Assembly: GCA_963706325.1 (NCBI GenBank)
Contig: CAVPLT010000001.1
Location: 256,001-320,000, forward strand
DNA length: 64,000 nucleotides
Direction: 5' to 3'
Source of the DNA: an uncultured Nitrospiraceae bacterium
Lineage (GTDB): Bacteria; Nitrospirota; Nitrospiria; Nitrospirales; Nitrospiraceae
Positions within the stretch are counted from its first letter, which is position 1. Each line of letters begins with the position of its first letter. Below, piece after piece: positions 11,753 to 22,792 of the stretch. Under the pieces are notes generated by a model that did not search any database, was not told where the DNA came from, and worked only from the letters and a program-made list of their open reading frames with translations. The position numbers were made by a program, and so were the translations under genes.

Positions 11753-12424
11753 TCAGTGCTTCCCACCACCTCGATTGTATTGCGCCGTCCAAGGAATCAA
11801 GTTGGCAATTGGCTTGCCGTCCGGCAAGAGTACATCATATTGCATCAACACTGAGTCGCCACCCTTCGGAGACGTATTCAGGCCCGTCTTGGCCGTGGCA
11901 CAAGCGGCATCCACTTCCGTCTTACCTTCACAGTCCTTCAGACGAAGGGCGGAAATGCTCTTTGGCTTACCCATCTCACCGGCGTTGTCATTAAGTTTCT
12001 TCACGGACGTGATCACCCGGTGATTCTGCTCCGTTTCCTGCGCGACGAATTCCACCAGAGTGGTCGGGGAACCTGGCGGAACTTCTTTGGCTGCAGCCGG
12101 TCCCGCATGAGGGCGCGCCATGGACTTCAGCTGCTCCCACACGTTCTTATCAGCAGGGTAGAACTTAAGGTTCTTGCCTGGGTGAATTTTCTGCCAAAAC
12201 AACCCGCTCTCTGCGTTGCCACCGAATACGGCGATATTTAGCCATACCGCTTCATCATATGGATCCAGAATAATCACACGACCTTGCAGCGTAGTGGGCT
12301 TGCTTAAATCTCCCCACTCAAAACGCTCCTGAAATGCCTCAATGGCCAGTGCAGTGGAGGAAAACGCCACCACCAGAGCCACGGCAGCCATAAAAGACCA
12401 CCCCTGCTTTTGAAGCTTCATCAT
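11753..12424 (-). CDS. Exported protein of unknown function
   Basis: AGGAGG RBS. Signal peptide MMKLQKQ...STALA. Two Cys in the C-terminal part. Confidence 0.8.
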   Translation of the reverse strand: MMKLQKQGWSFMAAVALVVAFSSTALAIEAFQERFEWGDLSKPTTLQGRVIILDPYDEAVWLNIAVFGGNAESGLFWQKIHPGKNLKFYPADKNVWEQLKSMARPHAGPAAAKEVPPGSPTTLVEFVAQETEQNHRVITSVKKLNDNAGEMGKPKSISALRLKDCEGKTEVDAACATAKTGLNTSPKGGDSVLMQYDVLLPDGKPIANLIPWTAQYNRGGGKH

Positions 12425-12481
12425 CACATCCTCCTTAAAAGAAGACAAAAGAGTCTCAAGAATCTCGCCTCGCGTATAAAT

Positions 12482-12994
12482 TTACTTCAAGAGCTTGAAG
12501 CCGGTAATGGTTCGACCATCAAGCGTCACTTCCATCGCCACCAGTTCCTGCGAGGCCTTGATGATCTGGTCCATCAAATTCTTGTCCTTGACTGACAAGC
12601 GAACAGTAGTCGCCGCATGATACCAGCCGGAGTATGGATTATTCTTGTCCGTGCCGCCGTTATAACCCCAGGCACAGCAGGTAAACAATGGGTCTGGCGG
12701 CTTCACATCCATTTGCGTCGAAGAGCGTCCACCCCCCTCACCAGAAGCCGGTTCCCCCGTGTTCCAATACTGAATGCCAAAAAGAAGTTCGGTATCAGGA
12801 TTGTCTGCCCACTGTGACCAGACACGTCCCTTCAGGGTATTGGTGGTCTCACCCTTGAATGTTTTGTCGCTACCGGTGATCACTCCACTGACCCCGCCCC
12901 CTGCTGGAGCATCAGCCGCCACCGAGATCTCGGCGGCCAGTAAGCCGACAACGGAGGACACTGCAAGTGCGGCTAGAATTCCTACCCTATTCAT
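12482..12994 (-). CDS. Exported protein of unknown function
   Basis: AAGGAGG RBS before ATG 12994. Signal peptide MNRVGIL...SVAA. Vicinal CC. Confidence 0.8.
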   Translation of the reverse strand: MNRVGILAALAVSSVVGLLAAEISVAADAPAGGGVSGVITGSDKTFKGETTNTLKGRVWSQWADNPDTELLFGIQYWNTGEPASGEGGGRSSTQMDVKPPDPLFTCCAWGYNGGTDKNNPYSGWYHAATTVRLSVKDKNLMDQIIKASQELVAMEVTLDGRTITGFKLLK

Positions 12995-13188
12995 AACCCT
13001 ACCCTCCTTGGAAAAATGATGACCAGAAAAACCGTAAGTCCAAAAATCGCGGGAAAAAAGTTCAAAAAAACAAAATCCAGAGAACGCGCTAGGAGGAGGA
13101 AGTGCGACTGACACCCCCTTTCTCTCTGCTTACCTTCCCCTGTAATGCAGCCGAAATAAATTCAGACTTTGGTAGTGAAAACGCGGCC

Positions 13189-13217
13189 ATGGTACTGAAA
13201 TCCATGAAACCTGTCAA
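13189..13217 (-). promoter_or_regulatory. sigma70 promoter for the exported-protein pair
   Basis: Minus strand TTGACA-17 nt-TACCAT in an AT-rich intergenic region. Confidence 0.7.
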
Positions 13218-13365
13218 GAAAATGTTTCGCCTATTTTTCACTACCACCACCGTCAGGAAACAATTAGGTTATCAAATGGTTATCTCGTATATATACTAGG
13301 CAGAGGCACGTTAGTCCACGAAGATCCAAGGACCTCCTGTCGCATGCACCGGCAAACAGAACCGA

Positions 13366-14619
13366 TTAGGAGGCAAATGATCGCAAACTCGTCGTTGGAA
13401 TTGGCCCAAGCGCCGTAATTGAAAGACAGCGCTGATCCAGCAGGGTTTGCGCCACACGATAGACCTGATCGGTGGTAACACGGTCTATTTCCGTTGTCAT
13501 CTGTTCGAGCGAAACGTGACAACCCTGCGTCAATTCATCTTTCGCTAACTTGCTCATACGGCTATGCGAACTCTCCAAACTGAGCATCAAACTGCCCTTC
13601 ATCTGATTCTTAACACGAGCCAGGTCCTTCGCATCAATTCCATGCGTGCGGAGCTTTTTCAGTTCCCGGCACACGACCTCCACGACACGCTGAATCTCTT
13701 TCGGCCTCGTACCCGCATAAACGGTGATCATGCCGCCATCGGAATAGGTCGACAGAAATGAATAGATCGAGTACACGAGTCCTCGTTTCTCCCGCACTTC
13801 CTGAAAGAGCCGTGAACTGACACTTCCTCCTAACACGCCGTTCAACGCATGGGCCGCATAGCGATCCTTGTGACCCGCAGCTAAGCCTTGCAGCCCTAAA
13901 CAGAGGTGAACTTGCTCCAGCGTTTTGCGCTTGACCAGGACACCACCGCTGACTTCCGGCGGCCGACGACTCGATACCAAAGGCGTCCCTTTATGCGAGC
14001 TGGAAAAGTACCGTGCCAACAATTGTTCCAATCGTCGCCACGTAAAGTTCCCAGCCACCGCCACGACGGTTCGCTCCGGATCGTAGTGAGACCCGACGTA
14101 TGCGAGCAAATCGTTTCGGCCGAGCGCCTGAATCCTCGGAGCCTGACCAAGAATCGAACGGCCCAAAGGATGGCTGCCGAGCGTGTGCTTCATGTGAAGC
14201 TCTTGCACAAGATCTTCCGGATCATCCTGAACCATCCGGATCTCCTCCAGCACCACCTGTTTCTCTTTTTCGACCTCTTTGGAATCGAACCGAGAGCGGT
14301 AGAATAGATCCGAAAGTAGCTCCAAGGCCGCTTCCAATTGCTGGTCGAGCACCTTGACATAGAAGGTTGTCGTTTCCCGGGTTGTGAAAGCGTTCATTTC
14401 CCCGCCAAGCGCATCGATCTCGCGTGAAATCTCAGACGCCGAGCGGCTTCTGGTCCCCTTAAAAAACATATGCTCGAGAAAGTGGGAAAGCCCTTCCTCG
14501 CCACGCTGCTCGTCGCGGGACCCAACGTTCACCCAAACCCCGATCGTGACAGACTTCAACGTCGGGATCAGTTCGGCCACGATACGCTGCCGGTTATCGA
14601 GAACAATTTTCCGATACAC
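13366..14619 (-). CDS. M16 family zinc peptidase
   Basis: HFLEH (inverted HxxEH), NAFTTRE, SSRLFQEVREKRGL. Typical position downstream of pnp. Confidence 0.93.
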   Translation of the reverse strand: MYRKIVLDNRQRIVAELIPTLKSVTIGVWVNVGSRDEQRGEEGLSHFLEHMFFKGTRSRSASEISREIDALGGEMNAFTTRETTTFYVKVLDQQLEAALELLSDLFYRSRFDSKEVEKEKQVVLEEIRMVQDDPEDLVQELHMKHTLGSHPLGRSILGQAPRIQALGRNDLLAYVGSHYDPERTVVAVAGNFTWRRLEQLLARYFSSSHKGTPLVSSRRPPEVSGGVLVKRKTLEQVHLCLGLQGLAAGHKDRYAAHALNGVLGGSVSSRLFQEVREKRGLVYSIYSFLSTYSDGGMITVYAGTRPKEIQRVVEVVCRELKKLRTHGIDAKDLARVKNQMKGSLMLSLESSHSRMSKLAKDELTQGCHVSLEQMTTEIDRVTTDQVYRVAQTLLDQRCLSITALGPIPTTSLRSFAS

Positions 14620-14625
14620 GATCGA

Positions 14626-16743
14626 TTATCCTGCCGGCGTGGGCTCGGTGGCAGGAGCACCGGCCGGAGCGGGCATCGCTTCCTTCCGGCTTAGACGAAT
14701 CTTCCCTTGTTTATCGATTTCCATCACCTTCACCATGATCTGGTCACCCTCAGACACCTCATCGGTCACTGCCTTAACCCGATGGTGCGCCAACTGGGAA
14801 ATATGCACCAATCCATCCGTTCCGGGCAGGACCTCGACGAAGGCACCGAAATCCATGATCTTGCGAACTGTGCCGTGATAAATCCTGCCGACTTCGACTT
14901 CCTCGGTCAGGCGCTTAATCATATCGATGGCCTTCTGCGCAGAGGCTTCGTCCGAGGCAGCAATCGTGATATCGCCCGTGTCCTCGACATTGATCTTCAC
15001 GCCGGTCTCCGCGATGATACTGCGGATCATTTTTCCGCCCGGGCCGATAATGTCGCGAATCTTATCCTGCTTCACTTTCAGCGGGAATATACGCGGCGCG
15101 AAGGCAGACAGCTTCGTGCGAGGCGTATTTAACGCCTGGGCCATACGCTCAAGAATATGCAACCGACCGGCTTTGGCTTGAGCAAGAGCTTCCCGCATCA
15201 ACGCCGACGTAATCCCACCTATTTTGATGTCCATTTGGAGCGCGGTGACACCATTTTTCGTCCCTGTCACCTTGAAATCCATGTCGCCCAGATGATCCTC
15301 GAGTCCTAGAATATCGGAAAGAACCAATACCTGATCACCTTCCTTGATCAATCCCATGGCGATGCCCGCCACCGGTTCCTTGATGGGGACGCCCGCGTCC
15401 AGCAGCGCCAATGTCCCGCCACAGACCGTGGCCATGGAGGATGATCCGTTCGACTCCAGAATTTCCGACACGATACGCAGCGTATACGGGAATTTATCTT
15501 TGGTGGGAATCACGGATTTCAGTGCTCGCTCCGCAAGCGCTCCATGTCCAACCTCGCGACGGCCCGGCGACCGCAGCGGCCGTGCTTCGCCGACACTGAA
15601 AGGCGGAAAATTATAATGCAGCATGAAGGTGCGCATATACTCGCCCTCCAAGGCATCGATGCGCTGCTCGTCATCAGTAGTACCAAGCGTGACCACTGCC
15701 AAACTCTGCGTCTCACCCCTCGTGAACACCGCGGACCCATGCGCCCTCGGCAACACACCCACTTCACAGGTAATTGGGCGAATGTCCGCCGGGCCCCGGC
15801 CATCGGCGCGCACCCGCTTCTCCAGAATCATGTTCCGAACTTCCGTATATTCCAGACCGTGGAAGATGACTTTTACATGGCGGGTTCGATTCACATCGTC
15901 ACTCTTGAGGTTCTCGATCGTCTCCGCCAAGACCTGATCCAACCGCTCCTGCCGGGCGCTCTTATTGGGAATAAGAATAGCTTCGCGGATCGGCCCTGCC
16001 ACTAACCCACGCACCTGCGCAGTCAGCGTGGCATCAATGGGCTCCTGCGTTATCACTCGCTTCGGCTTACCGGCTAGCCCACGCAGCTCTTCGATCTTCG
16101 CCACGATCTTTTTGATTTCGCTATGTGCCAGTTCAATGGCCTCCAGCATGGTGGCTTCAGGCAATTCACTCGCTCCGGCTTCGACCATCATCACCGCATC
16201 CGCCGTTCCAGCCACCACGAGGTGGAGATCGCTTGTTTCCAGAACGTCCAGGTCGGGATTCACAACGAACTGCCCGTTGACGCGGCCGATCTTGACGCCT
16301 GCGATCGGACCGTTGAACGGAATCGAGGAGATCGCCAGCGCCGCCGACGCCGCAATGATGGCGATGACGTCGGATACGCCAGTCTTGTCGGCGGACAATA
16401 CCGATGTAATGACCTGAGTTTCGAAGTAATACCCTTCCGGAAAGAGGGGACGAAGCGGGCGATCGATTAATCTGCTGGTGAGCACTTCTCGCTCAGAAGG
16501 ACGGCCTTCGCGCTTGAAATAGCCGCCGGGTATCTTGCCCGCGGCATACGTCTTCTCCTGATAATCCACCGTCAACGGCAGAAAATCCACGCCGGGCTTG
16601 GCATTTTGGGACGCCACAGCCGTTGCCAACACCACGGTGTCGCCATACGTCGCCCAGATCGCGCCGTCTGCTTGTTTCGCGATACGACCCGTTTCCAGAG
16701 TCAGGCGGCGGCCCGCGAGCTCAATGTCTACAGTATGTTTCAT
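14626..16743 (-). CDS. pnp: Polyribonucleotide nucleotidyltransferase
   Basis: RREVGHG, SNGSSSM, GDMDFKV, KH and S1 domains. Confidence 0.99.
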   Translation of the reverse strand: MKHTVDIELAGRRLTLETGRIAKQADGAIWATYGDTVVLATAVASQNAKPGVDFLPLTVDYQEKTYAAGKIPGGYFKREGRPSEREVLTSRLIDRPLRPLFPEGYYFETQVITSVLSADKTGVSDVIAIIAASAALAISSIPFNGPIAGVKIGRVNGQFVVNPDLDVLETSDLHLVVAGTADAVMMVEAGASELPEATMLEAIELAHSEIKKIVAKIEELRGLAGKPKRVITQEPIDATLTAQVRGLVAGPIREAILIPNKSARQERLDQVLAETIENLKSDDVNRTRHVKVIFHGLEYTEVRNMILEKRVRADGRGPADIRPITCEVGVLPRAHGSAVFTRGETQSLAVVTLGTTDDEQRIDALEGEYMRTFMLHYNFPPFSVGEARPLRSPGRREVGHGALAERALKSVIPTKDKFPYTLRIVSEILESNGSSSMATVCGGTLALLDAGVPIKEPVAGIAMGLIKEGDQVLVLSDILGLEDHLGDMDFKVTGTKNGVTALQMDIKIGGITSALMREALAQAKAGRLHILERMAQALNTPRTKLSAFAPRIFPLKVKQDKIRDIIGPGGKMIRSIIAETGVKINVEDTGDITIAASDEASAQKAIDMIKRLTEEVEVGRIYHGTVRKIMDFGAFVEVLPGTDGLVHISQLAHHRVKAVTDEVSEGDQIMVKVMEIDKQGKIRLSRKEAMPAPAGAPATEPTPAG

Positions 16744-16885
16744 CTATGGTCTCCTTCAGTTAAGTCCCACAGATGCCCACAGAGATAGGCTCAGCCCAAA
16801 CGACCACTCATTGATGTGGTCGTCCTTCGCTCGTCATTCACTATGAACGAGGTGAGTCTATGTCAGTGTTCACCTGCGAGGACAA

Positions 16886-16920
16886 TAGTCGGCCGCCACA
16901 GATCATGGCGGCGGCCGACT
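16886..16920 (-). terminator. GC-rich hairpin after rpsO (terminator or processing stem)
   Basis: AGTCGGCCGCC...GGCGGCCGACT inverted repeat. Confidence 0.55.
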
Positions 16921-16930
16921 CGTGACACGA

Positions 16931-17200
16931 CTACTTACGAATGCCCAGGCGCTCCAAAATCGCTCGATACCGCGCTTCACTAATATGACGGAGATAGTCC
17001 AACAGCCGCCGCCGACGGCCCACCAACGTCAACAGCCCGCGCCGGGAATGATGGTCCTTCTTGTGCAACTTGAAATGCTCCGTCAAATAGGTAATCCGGT
17101 TCGTCAGAATGGCGATTTGCACTTCCGGAGAGCCGGTGTCCTTATCATGCTGCTGGAAGCTCTTCACCAATTCCGTTTTTACTTCTTTCACGAGTGCCAT
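16931..17200 (-). CDS. rpsO: 30S ribosomal protein S15
   Basis: [24 protein letters not shown]. Confidence 0.99.
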   Translation of the reverse strand: MALVKEVKTELVKSFQQHDKDTGSPEVQIAILTNRITYLTEHFKLHKKDHHSRRGLLTLVGRRRRLLDYLRHISEARYRAILERLGIRK

Positions 17201-17206
17201 ACGTCT

Positions 17207-18235
17207 CTACTCCTCCATTGAATTCGCGATTCTACCGTCCTGTGATTCTTCCGTGACCAATACTTTCGAAACAGCAATCGGCTGTTCCCTCAGACCATGC
17301 TTTTCGATATCCGCATCGACCGGCAGCGTACCGATGGCCAGCAGACGTCCCGATTCGTCCTTGATACGAATGGCTCGATTCGGTCCCTCACGCAACGCCG
17401 GCGATCCGTACCATGCCAGGACTTCAGAAAAGGAAACCGGCATTCCGTGCAAGACCCTTCGGGCCGTCTCAGCTCCTATTGTGCAGCCTGGAAGTTCGGC
17501 TAATGCCTCGTCCAGCGTGAGCATAGACGTAGAAAGCGTACCCTGATCGAGCCGCGACTCTACTTCATCGACGGTTAACGCCTGCTCAACCCTCAGCGGT
17601 CCCACGCGCTCTCGAACCAATGTCGACATATGACCACCGACGCCCAACTTGTGGCCGATTTCAGCACACAGCGTCCGGATATAGGTCCCCTTGGAGCAGG
17701 CCACCCGGAATGTCACATCGGGAATCTGAATTCCGACAATGTCGAGATGAAACACGGTCACTTCGCGCGCCTGACGCTCAACGTCGTGTCCGGCCCGTGC
17801 AGACTTATACAACCGGACGCCGCCAACCTTGACTGCCGAATACATCGGAGGCACTTGCTGAATGCGCCCAGCAAACGCCGCGGCGACTTCGCGAATACGA
17901 CCTTCCGTCACCGACTCAAACGGCAAGCGCTGCAGCACAGTTCCGGTGGCATCTTGCGTGTCGGTGGTTTCACCGAGCCGCAAACCTGCCAGATACGTCT
18001 TATCCCAGCTCAGCAAATATTCGGCAACGCGCGTCCCGCGCCCCACGAGTAACGGCAACACACCCGTAGCTGCCGGATCTAGCGTGCCCGCATGGCCGAC
18101 TTTCATTCCTCGTAGCTTGCCGCGAATGCGAGCCACGACGTCGTGCGAGGTCCACCCCGCCTCCTTGCGGACATTCAACACACCATCCTGAAGGACTGTG
18201 GCCAATTGAGGCTCTTTTGTGGCAATCATCGTCAT
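17207..18235 (-). CDS. truB: tRNA pseudouridine(55) synthase
   Basis: GHAGTLDP, PPMYSA, CSKGTYIRTL. Confidence 0.97.
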   Translation of the reverse strand: MTMIATKEPQLATVLQDGVLNVRKEAGWTSHDVVARIRGKLRGMKVGHAGTLDPAATGVLPLLVGRGTRVAEYLLSWDKTYLAGLRLGETTDTQDATGTVLQRLPFESVTEGRIREVAAAFAGRIQQVPPMYSAVKVGGVRLYKSARAGHDVERQAREVTVFHLDIVGIQIPDVTFRVACSKGTYIRTLCAEIGHKLGVGGHMSTLVRERVGPLRVEQALTVDEVESRLDQGTLSTSMLTLDEALAELPGCTIGAETARRVLHGMPVSFSEVLAWYGSPALREGPNRAIRIKDESGRLLAIGTLPVDADIEKHGLREQPIAVSKVLVTEESQDGRIANSMEE

Positions 18236-18238
18236 CTG

Positions 18239-18637
18239 CTAGGCGTCGCCGTGAGTGGGGCCGTCGGATGTTTCTATTTGCGCTTGGTCACGGTGCAGAC
18301 CATCCAACAGTTCCAAGACACGATCGGCTCTTGGGCCGCTCACATCCTTGATAAAGGTCAGTTCGGGCAGGTAGCGCAATGCCAGTCGGCGGCCCAACTC
18401 GGCCCGCACGAACCCGCTCGCCTTCGCTAAACCATCGAACACGTGCCGTTCACCGTCCTTCTGCTCCATCGTCGTGACAAAGATTCGCGCGATCCGTAGA
18501 TCCTTGGTCAACTCCACATCTGTCACCGTGACCATGCGCACCCGCGGATCCTTGATTTTCCGCATCAAGATGTCCGCGACTTCCATGCGAATCTGGTCCG
18601 CTACGCGATCGGCTCGGCTATACGTCGATTTGGTCAT
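18239..18637 (-). CDS. rbfA: Ribosome-binding factor A
   Basis: KDPRV..VTVTDV, LRYLPELTF. Lies between infB and truB. Confidence 0.95.
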   Translation of the reverse strand: MTKSTYSRADRVADQIRMEVADILMRKIKDPRVRMVTVTDVELTKDLRIARIFVTTMEQKDGERHVFDGLAKASGFVRAELGRRLALRYLPELTFIKDVSGPRADRVLELLDGLHRDQAQIETSDGPTHGDA

Positions 18638-18646
18638 GACGCCGAC

Positions 18647-18927
18647 TTAGAGCAATTCTATATGCGAACGTACCAATTGGATCGTGGGCATGCCCGAATA
18701 AGATTCAGCACTTGATCCAGCACTTGATTCACATGAACGGATTCATTAGCCACGCAGGCCAAACCGAGAATGGCCTTTTGCCACAAATCCTGCTCTCCCA
18801 CCTCGGCAACCGAGACATTGAATTTATCTCGTACCCGCGTTTTCAGGCTCTGCAGAATCCGACGCTTGTCCTTCAATGAATGACCGTCTGGAATGAACAA
18901 TTCCACCGTGCAGAGCCCAACGATCAT
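18647..18927 (-). CDS. DUF503 (YlxP) protein with an apparent 1-nt frameshift near the C-terminus
   Basis: [20 protein letters not shown]. Adding one G in the GGG run near 18697 gives ...[17 protein letters not shown], ending at 18647. Confidence 0.85.
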
Positions 18928-21541
18928 GCCCGATGACTTTGCGGAGACGCCCCTCGATTGACCGGTTCAAGCTTAGCGGCAATCTTATCGACGACATAGG
19001 CTTCGATAATGTCTCCTGACTTGAGATCATTAAAATTTTCGACCGTGATGCCGCACTCATACCCCTGCTGCACTTCTCGCACGTCGTCCTTGAACCGCCG
19101 GAGCGACCCGAGCTTGCCTTCGTACGCCACCACGCTATCCCGAATGACCCGCACCCCGACACTCGACCTGGAGATAATCCCGTCCACCACGTAACAACCC
19201 GCCACCAGGCCAGCCTTAGGAATCGTAAACATCTGCCGGACTTCCGCTCGGCCAAGGATGCGCTCCTTGAGCATCGGCTCAAGCAAGCCCTCCATAGCGG
19301 CGCGGATATCGTTCAGCGCATCGTAGATGATGCTGTAGAGGCGCACATCGACGCCTTCACGCTCAGCCAGCGCAGCCGCCTTCGGCTCGGGACGAATATT
19401 GAATCCGATCACGATCGCCTTGGAAGCCGCTGCCAATAGAATGTCTGTTTCGGTAATACCTCCGACCCCACTATGCATGACCCGCAATTTTACGGCTCCG
19501 ACCGGCATCTTTTCCACGGCAGAAGCCAAGGCTTCAGCCGAACCCTGCACATCGGCCTTGATGACGATGGGCAACTCTTTGACATTGCCCTCCTGAATTT
19601 TGGCAAACAAATCGTCCAAACTGATTTTTGCCGACCCGGCTAGGTCTGCCGCACGCTGCTTCATGGCGCGCTCTTGGGCGATCTCGCGAGCGACACGTTC
19701 ATCCTTCACAATGGTGAATAGATCGCCGGCACCCGGCACACCAGGCAATCCGATAACCTCGACCGGAACGGATGGCCCAGCCTCGGAGGTTTTACTTCCC
19801 GTGTCGTGACCAACGCCCGAACCCGCCCGCTGAAAGTTCCGACGACAAAGGCATCGCCGACCTGCAGGGTTCCACTCTGCACCAGAACCGAGGCAACCGG
19901 ACCACGCCCTCGGTCGAGTTTCGCTTCGATGACCAGCCCCTTGGCCATGCGTGTGGGATCGGCCTTCAGCTCCAGCACTTCGGCCTGCAAGAGCACCATC
20001 TCCAGGAGTTGCTCGAGTCCAGTCCGTTGCTTGGCGGATACTTCCACCATGATGGTGTCGCCACCCCAGGGTTCAGGAATCAACCCATGCTCAGTCAACG
20101 CATTCTTCACACGATCAACGTTGGATCCAGGCTTATCGACCTTATTGATCGCCACGATGAGCGGTACGCCAGCGGCCTTGGCATGATGGATGGCCTCAAC
20201 TGTTTGCGGCATCACGCCGTCGTCGGCAGCGACGACCAGGATGACGATATCCGTCGCTCTCGCACCTCGCGCGCGCATAGCTGTAAAAGCTTCGTGACCT
20301 GGCGTGTCGAGAAAGGTCACCTGCTTGCCGCGAACGCCCACGATATAGGCGCCGATATGCTGCGTGATTCCACCCGCCTCGCCCTCCGCCACCTTGGTTT
20401 CACGGATGGCATCGAGCAAAGAGGTTTTCCCGTGATCGACATGCCCCATGATCGTCACGACCGGAGGCCGCAACACGGCATGCTCTTCTCCCGTTGATTG
20501 CGCGGCCTCTTCCAGCAGTTCCTCGCCGACCTTTTCGGTCGATACCTCCACCCTGGCGCCATATTCTTCAGCAATAAGGAGGCAGCCTCAAGGTTGATCG
20601 ACTGATTGAAGGTCACCATCTGACCCATCTCCATCAGCTTCCTGACAATGTCTGCAGGCCGTTGACCGATGAGTTCGGCAAATTCTTTGACGCTGACTCC
20701 AGCGCTCAGTTTCACGCTTTTCTTTCTCGGCTTGGTAACTTCCGTTGGCGCAGGCATGGTGGATATGCTTGGACCGATCTTCACGACGCTGAACCGGAAT
20801 CGCCCGCAGATCTCCCCATCGGGTGGCATCATTCTTGAATTTTACTTCTTCTTCTTCGCGCGTCCGTGGCGCCTTCTTGGCCTTTTTCAGCTTGTCGCGG
20901 GCAGCCGCTTCGCTTTCCAGCGCTTCCATGGCCACGCTCTTTTTCTTTCGACCGGAGCCAAGCGCATCGAGGCTGGAGACGTGGCCACTGACGGTAGATT
21001 GCCCGGATCGGGCCGCTGATTCCGCCAAATCGCCGCAACAGAGGGCTGCGGTATGCGCCCTCGGAAGGGGCAGCCTCCGATTGATACCGTCGACATCGCT
21101 TCTCCTCTGAGGGACGGCGGCGCAAGGAGGGTCGCGTCCGCTGCCCGCGCATAGGTGGAGGGCCCATGGTAATCGCGGCCTCTGCCGCCGCGGCCAGGCG
21201 CGCACTCTCTTCCGCACCCTCTTCCTTTTTCTTCTTAATGAGAATTCGCTTCTTGTCTGGCTTAGCGAGTCTCCTCATGAGCTGCATGCGCCCTTTCGGA
21301 GGTGTGCGGTCCCGGAATCTTTCGGTGAACGAGACTTTTCCTTTCTTGACATGGTGCCCAGGCTTCCGGACGGCTTCACTGTGACCGCGCTTTCGGATTC
21401 ACGTTTCTCCAGCACGATGTCGAACGGAATCTTCATCCAGTGCGCTGCTGTGAGACGCCACGGAATCCCGAGTCGTTTCAGTTCAGGAATTAGTTCCCGA
21501 TTTTCCATTCCGAGCTTCTTTGCTAATTCGTACACCCGCAT
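18924..21541 (-). CDS. infB: Translation initiation factor IF-2, split by several frameshifts in this sequence
   Basis: [11 protein letters not shown] at 21541; GVSVKEFAE in the 20455-20832 [23 protein letters not shown] in 19706-20551; KADVQGS and SLRRFKDDV in 18924-19748. Confidence 0.93.
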
Positions 21542-21608
21542 ACAGTACCGCTAGCTCCACTCGCTTAGATAATTGCCATTCAGCCCATGACATGAACACT
21601 GAGCCGCC

Positions 21609-22749
21609 TTAATCTGCTTGCTGCGCCTCTGCCCGCGCTTCGTCCTGCTGACGCTGTGCCTCGGTCTCTTCCGCCAGGGCCGCCTTAATATCCCGATCTC
21701 GTTCAGCCTTTTCCTTCTCGTACTCGGTCGCACTGATAATATCAATTTTCCATCCGGTCAACCGTGCGGCCAGCCGCACATTCTGACCATTTTTTCCGAT
21801 CGCCAGGGACAATTGCGAATCCGCTACCACGACTAGACGCGGATTTCTTTTCCTCGTCGATCCCTACCTTCTCGATCGTGGCAGGATTCAAGGCTTCCGC
21901 GATAAAAACGCGCGGATCTTGCGTCCAGGTGATGATATCGATCTTTTCACCGCGTAATTCTCTCACCACGGCCTGCACCCGTGATCCCTTGATGCCGACA
22001 CAAGCCCCCACGGGATCCACAGCCTTGTCACGCGAAGATACAGCAATCTTCGTGCGATCCCCCGGCTCACGCACGATCGACTTGATTTCGACGATCTTTT
22101 CTCCGACTTCCGGGACCTCAAGCTCAAACATCTTGGCCACGAACTGAGGATGGCTGCGCGAAAGAATGACCTGCACATCCTTCGGGGTGCGACGCACCTC
22201 CAAGAGCAAAGCCTTCACACGATCACCACGGCGATAGGTCTCACGAGGAATTTGCTCTTGAATGGGCAGAATCGCCTCGGTCTTGCCGAGATCCACCAAG
22301 AAGTTTCGCCGCTCCATACCGAGTATGATGCCATTGACCAGGTCACCTTGCCTCGTCGAATACTCCTTTTGAACCGCTTCCCATTCAGCCTCTCGCACTT
22401 TCTGAAAAATGACCTGCTTGGCCGTTTGGGCAGCGATACGACCCAATTCGTCCATCTCGATTAGGGAGCCGATCTCATCGCCGACCTCGGCCCCATCGTC
22501 GAACAGGCGAGCTTCCTTCAGAGAAATCTCGGCTTTTGGATTGGCCACCGTATCCACAATGATCTTCTTGGAGACAACTGAAATCTCACCGGTTTTTCCA
22601 TCAATTTCAACTTGAATGTTTTCGGCTTGGCCGAATCGTTTCTTTGCAGCCGTTTGAAGCGCCGACTCGATCGCGCCAATGACCCGGGCCTTATCGATCC
22701 CTTTTTGACGACCGATTTCATCAATGACTGCGATCAACTCTCGATTCAT
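21609..22749 (-). CDS. nusA: Transcription termination factor NusA, one frameshift near 21838
   Basis: [26 protein letters not shown]. The KH motif [25 protein letters not shown] continues in the 21609-21830 frame. Confidence 0.95.
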
Positions 22750-22792
22750 AGCGTACACCTCATGATTAACACCACCCCGGCATTGCCTGCTG

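Noticed and set aside
18924..21541. Programmed frameshifting or true pseudogenisation of infB
   Set aside because: Too many breaks, neighbours are affected too, and the gene is essential. Assembly error is the simpler explanation.
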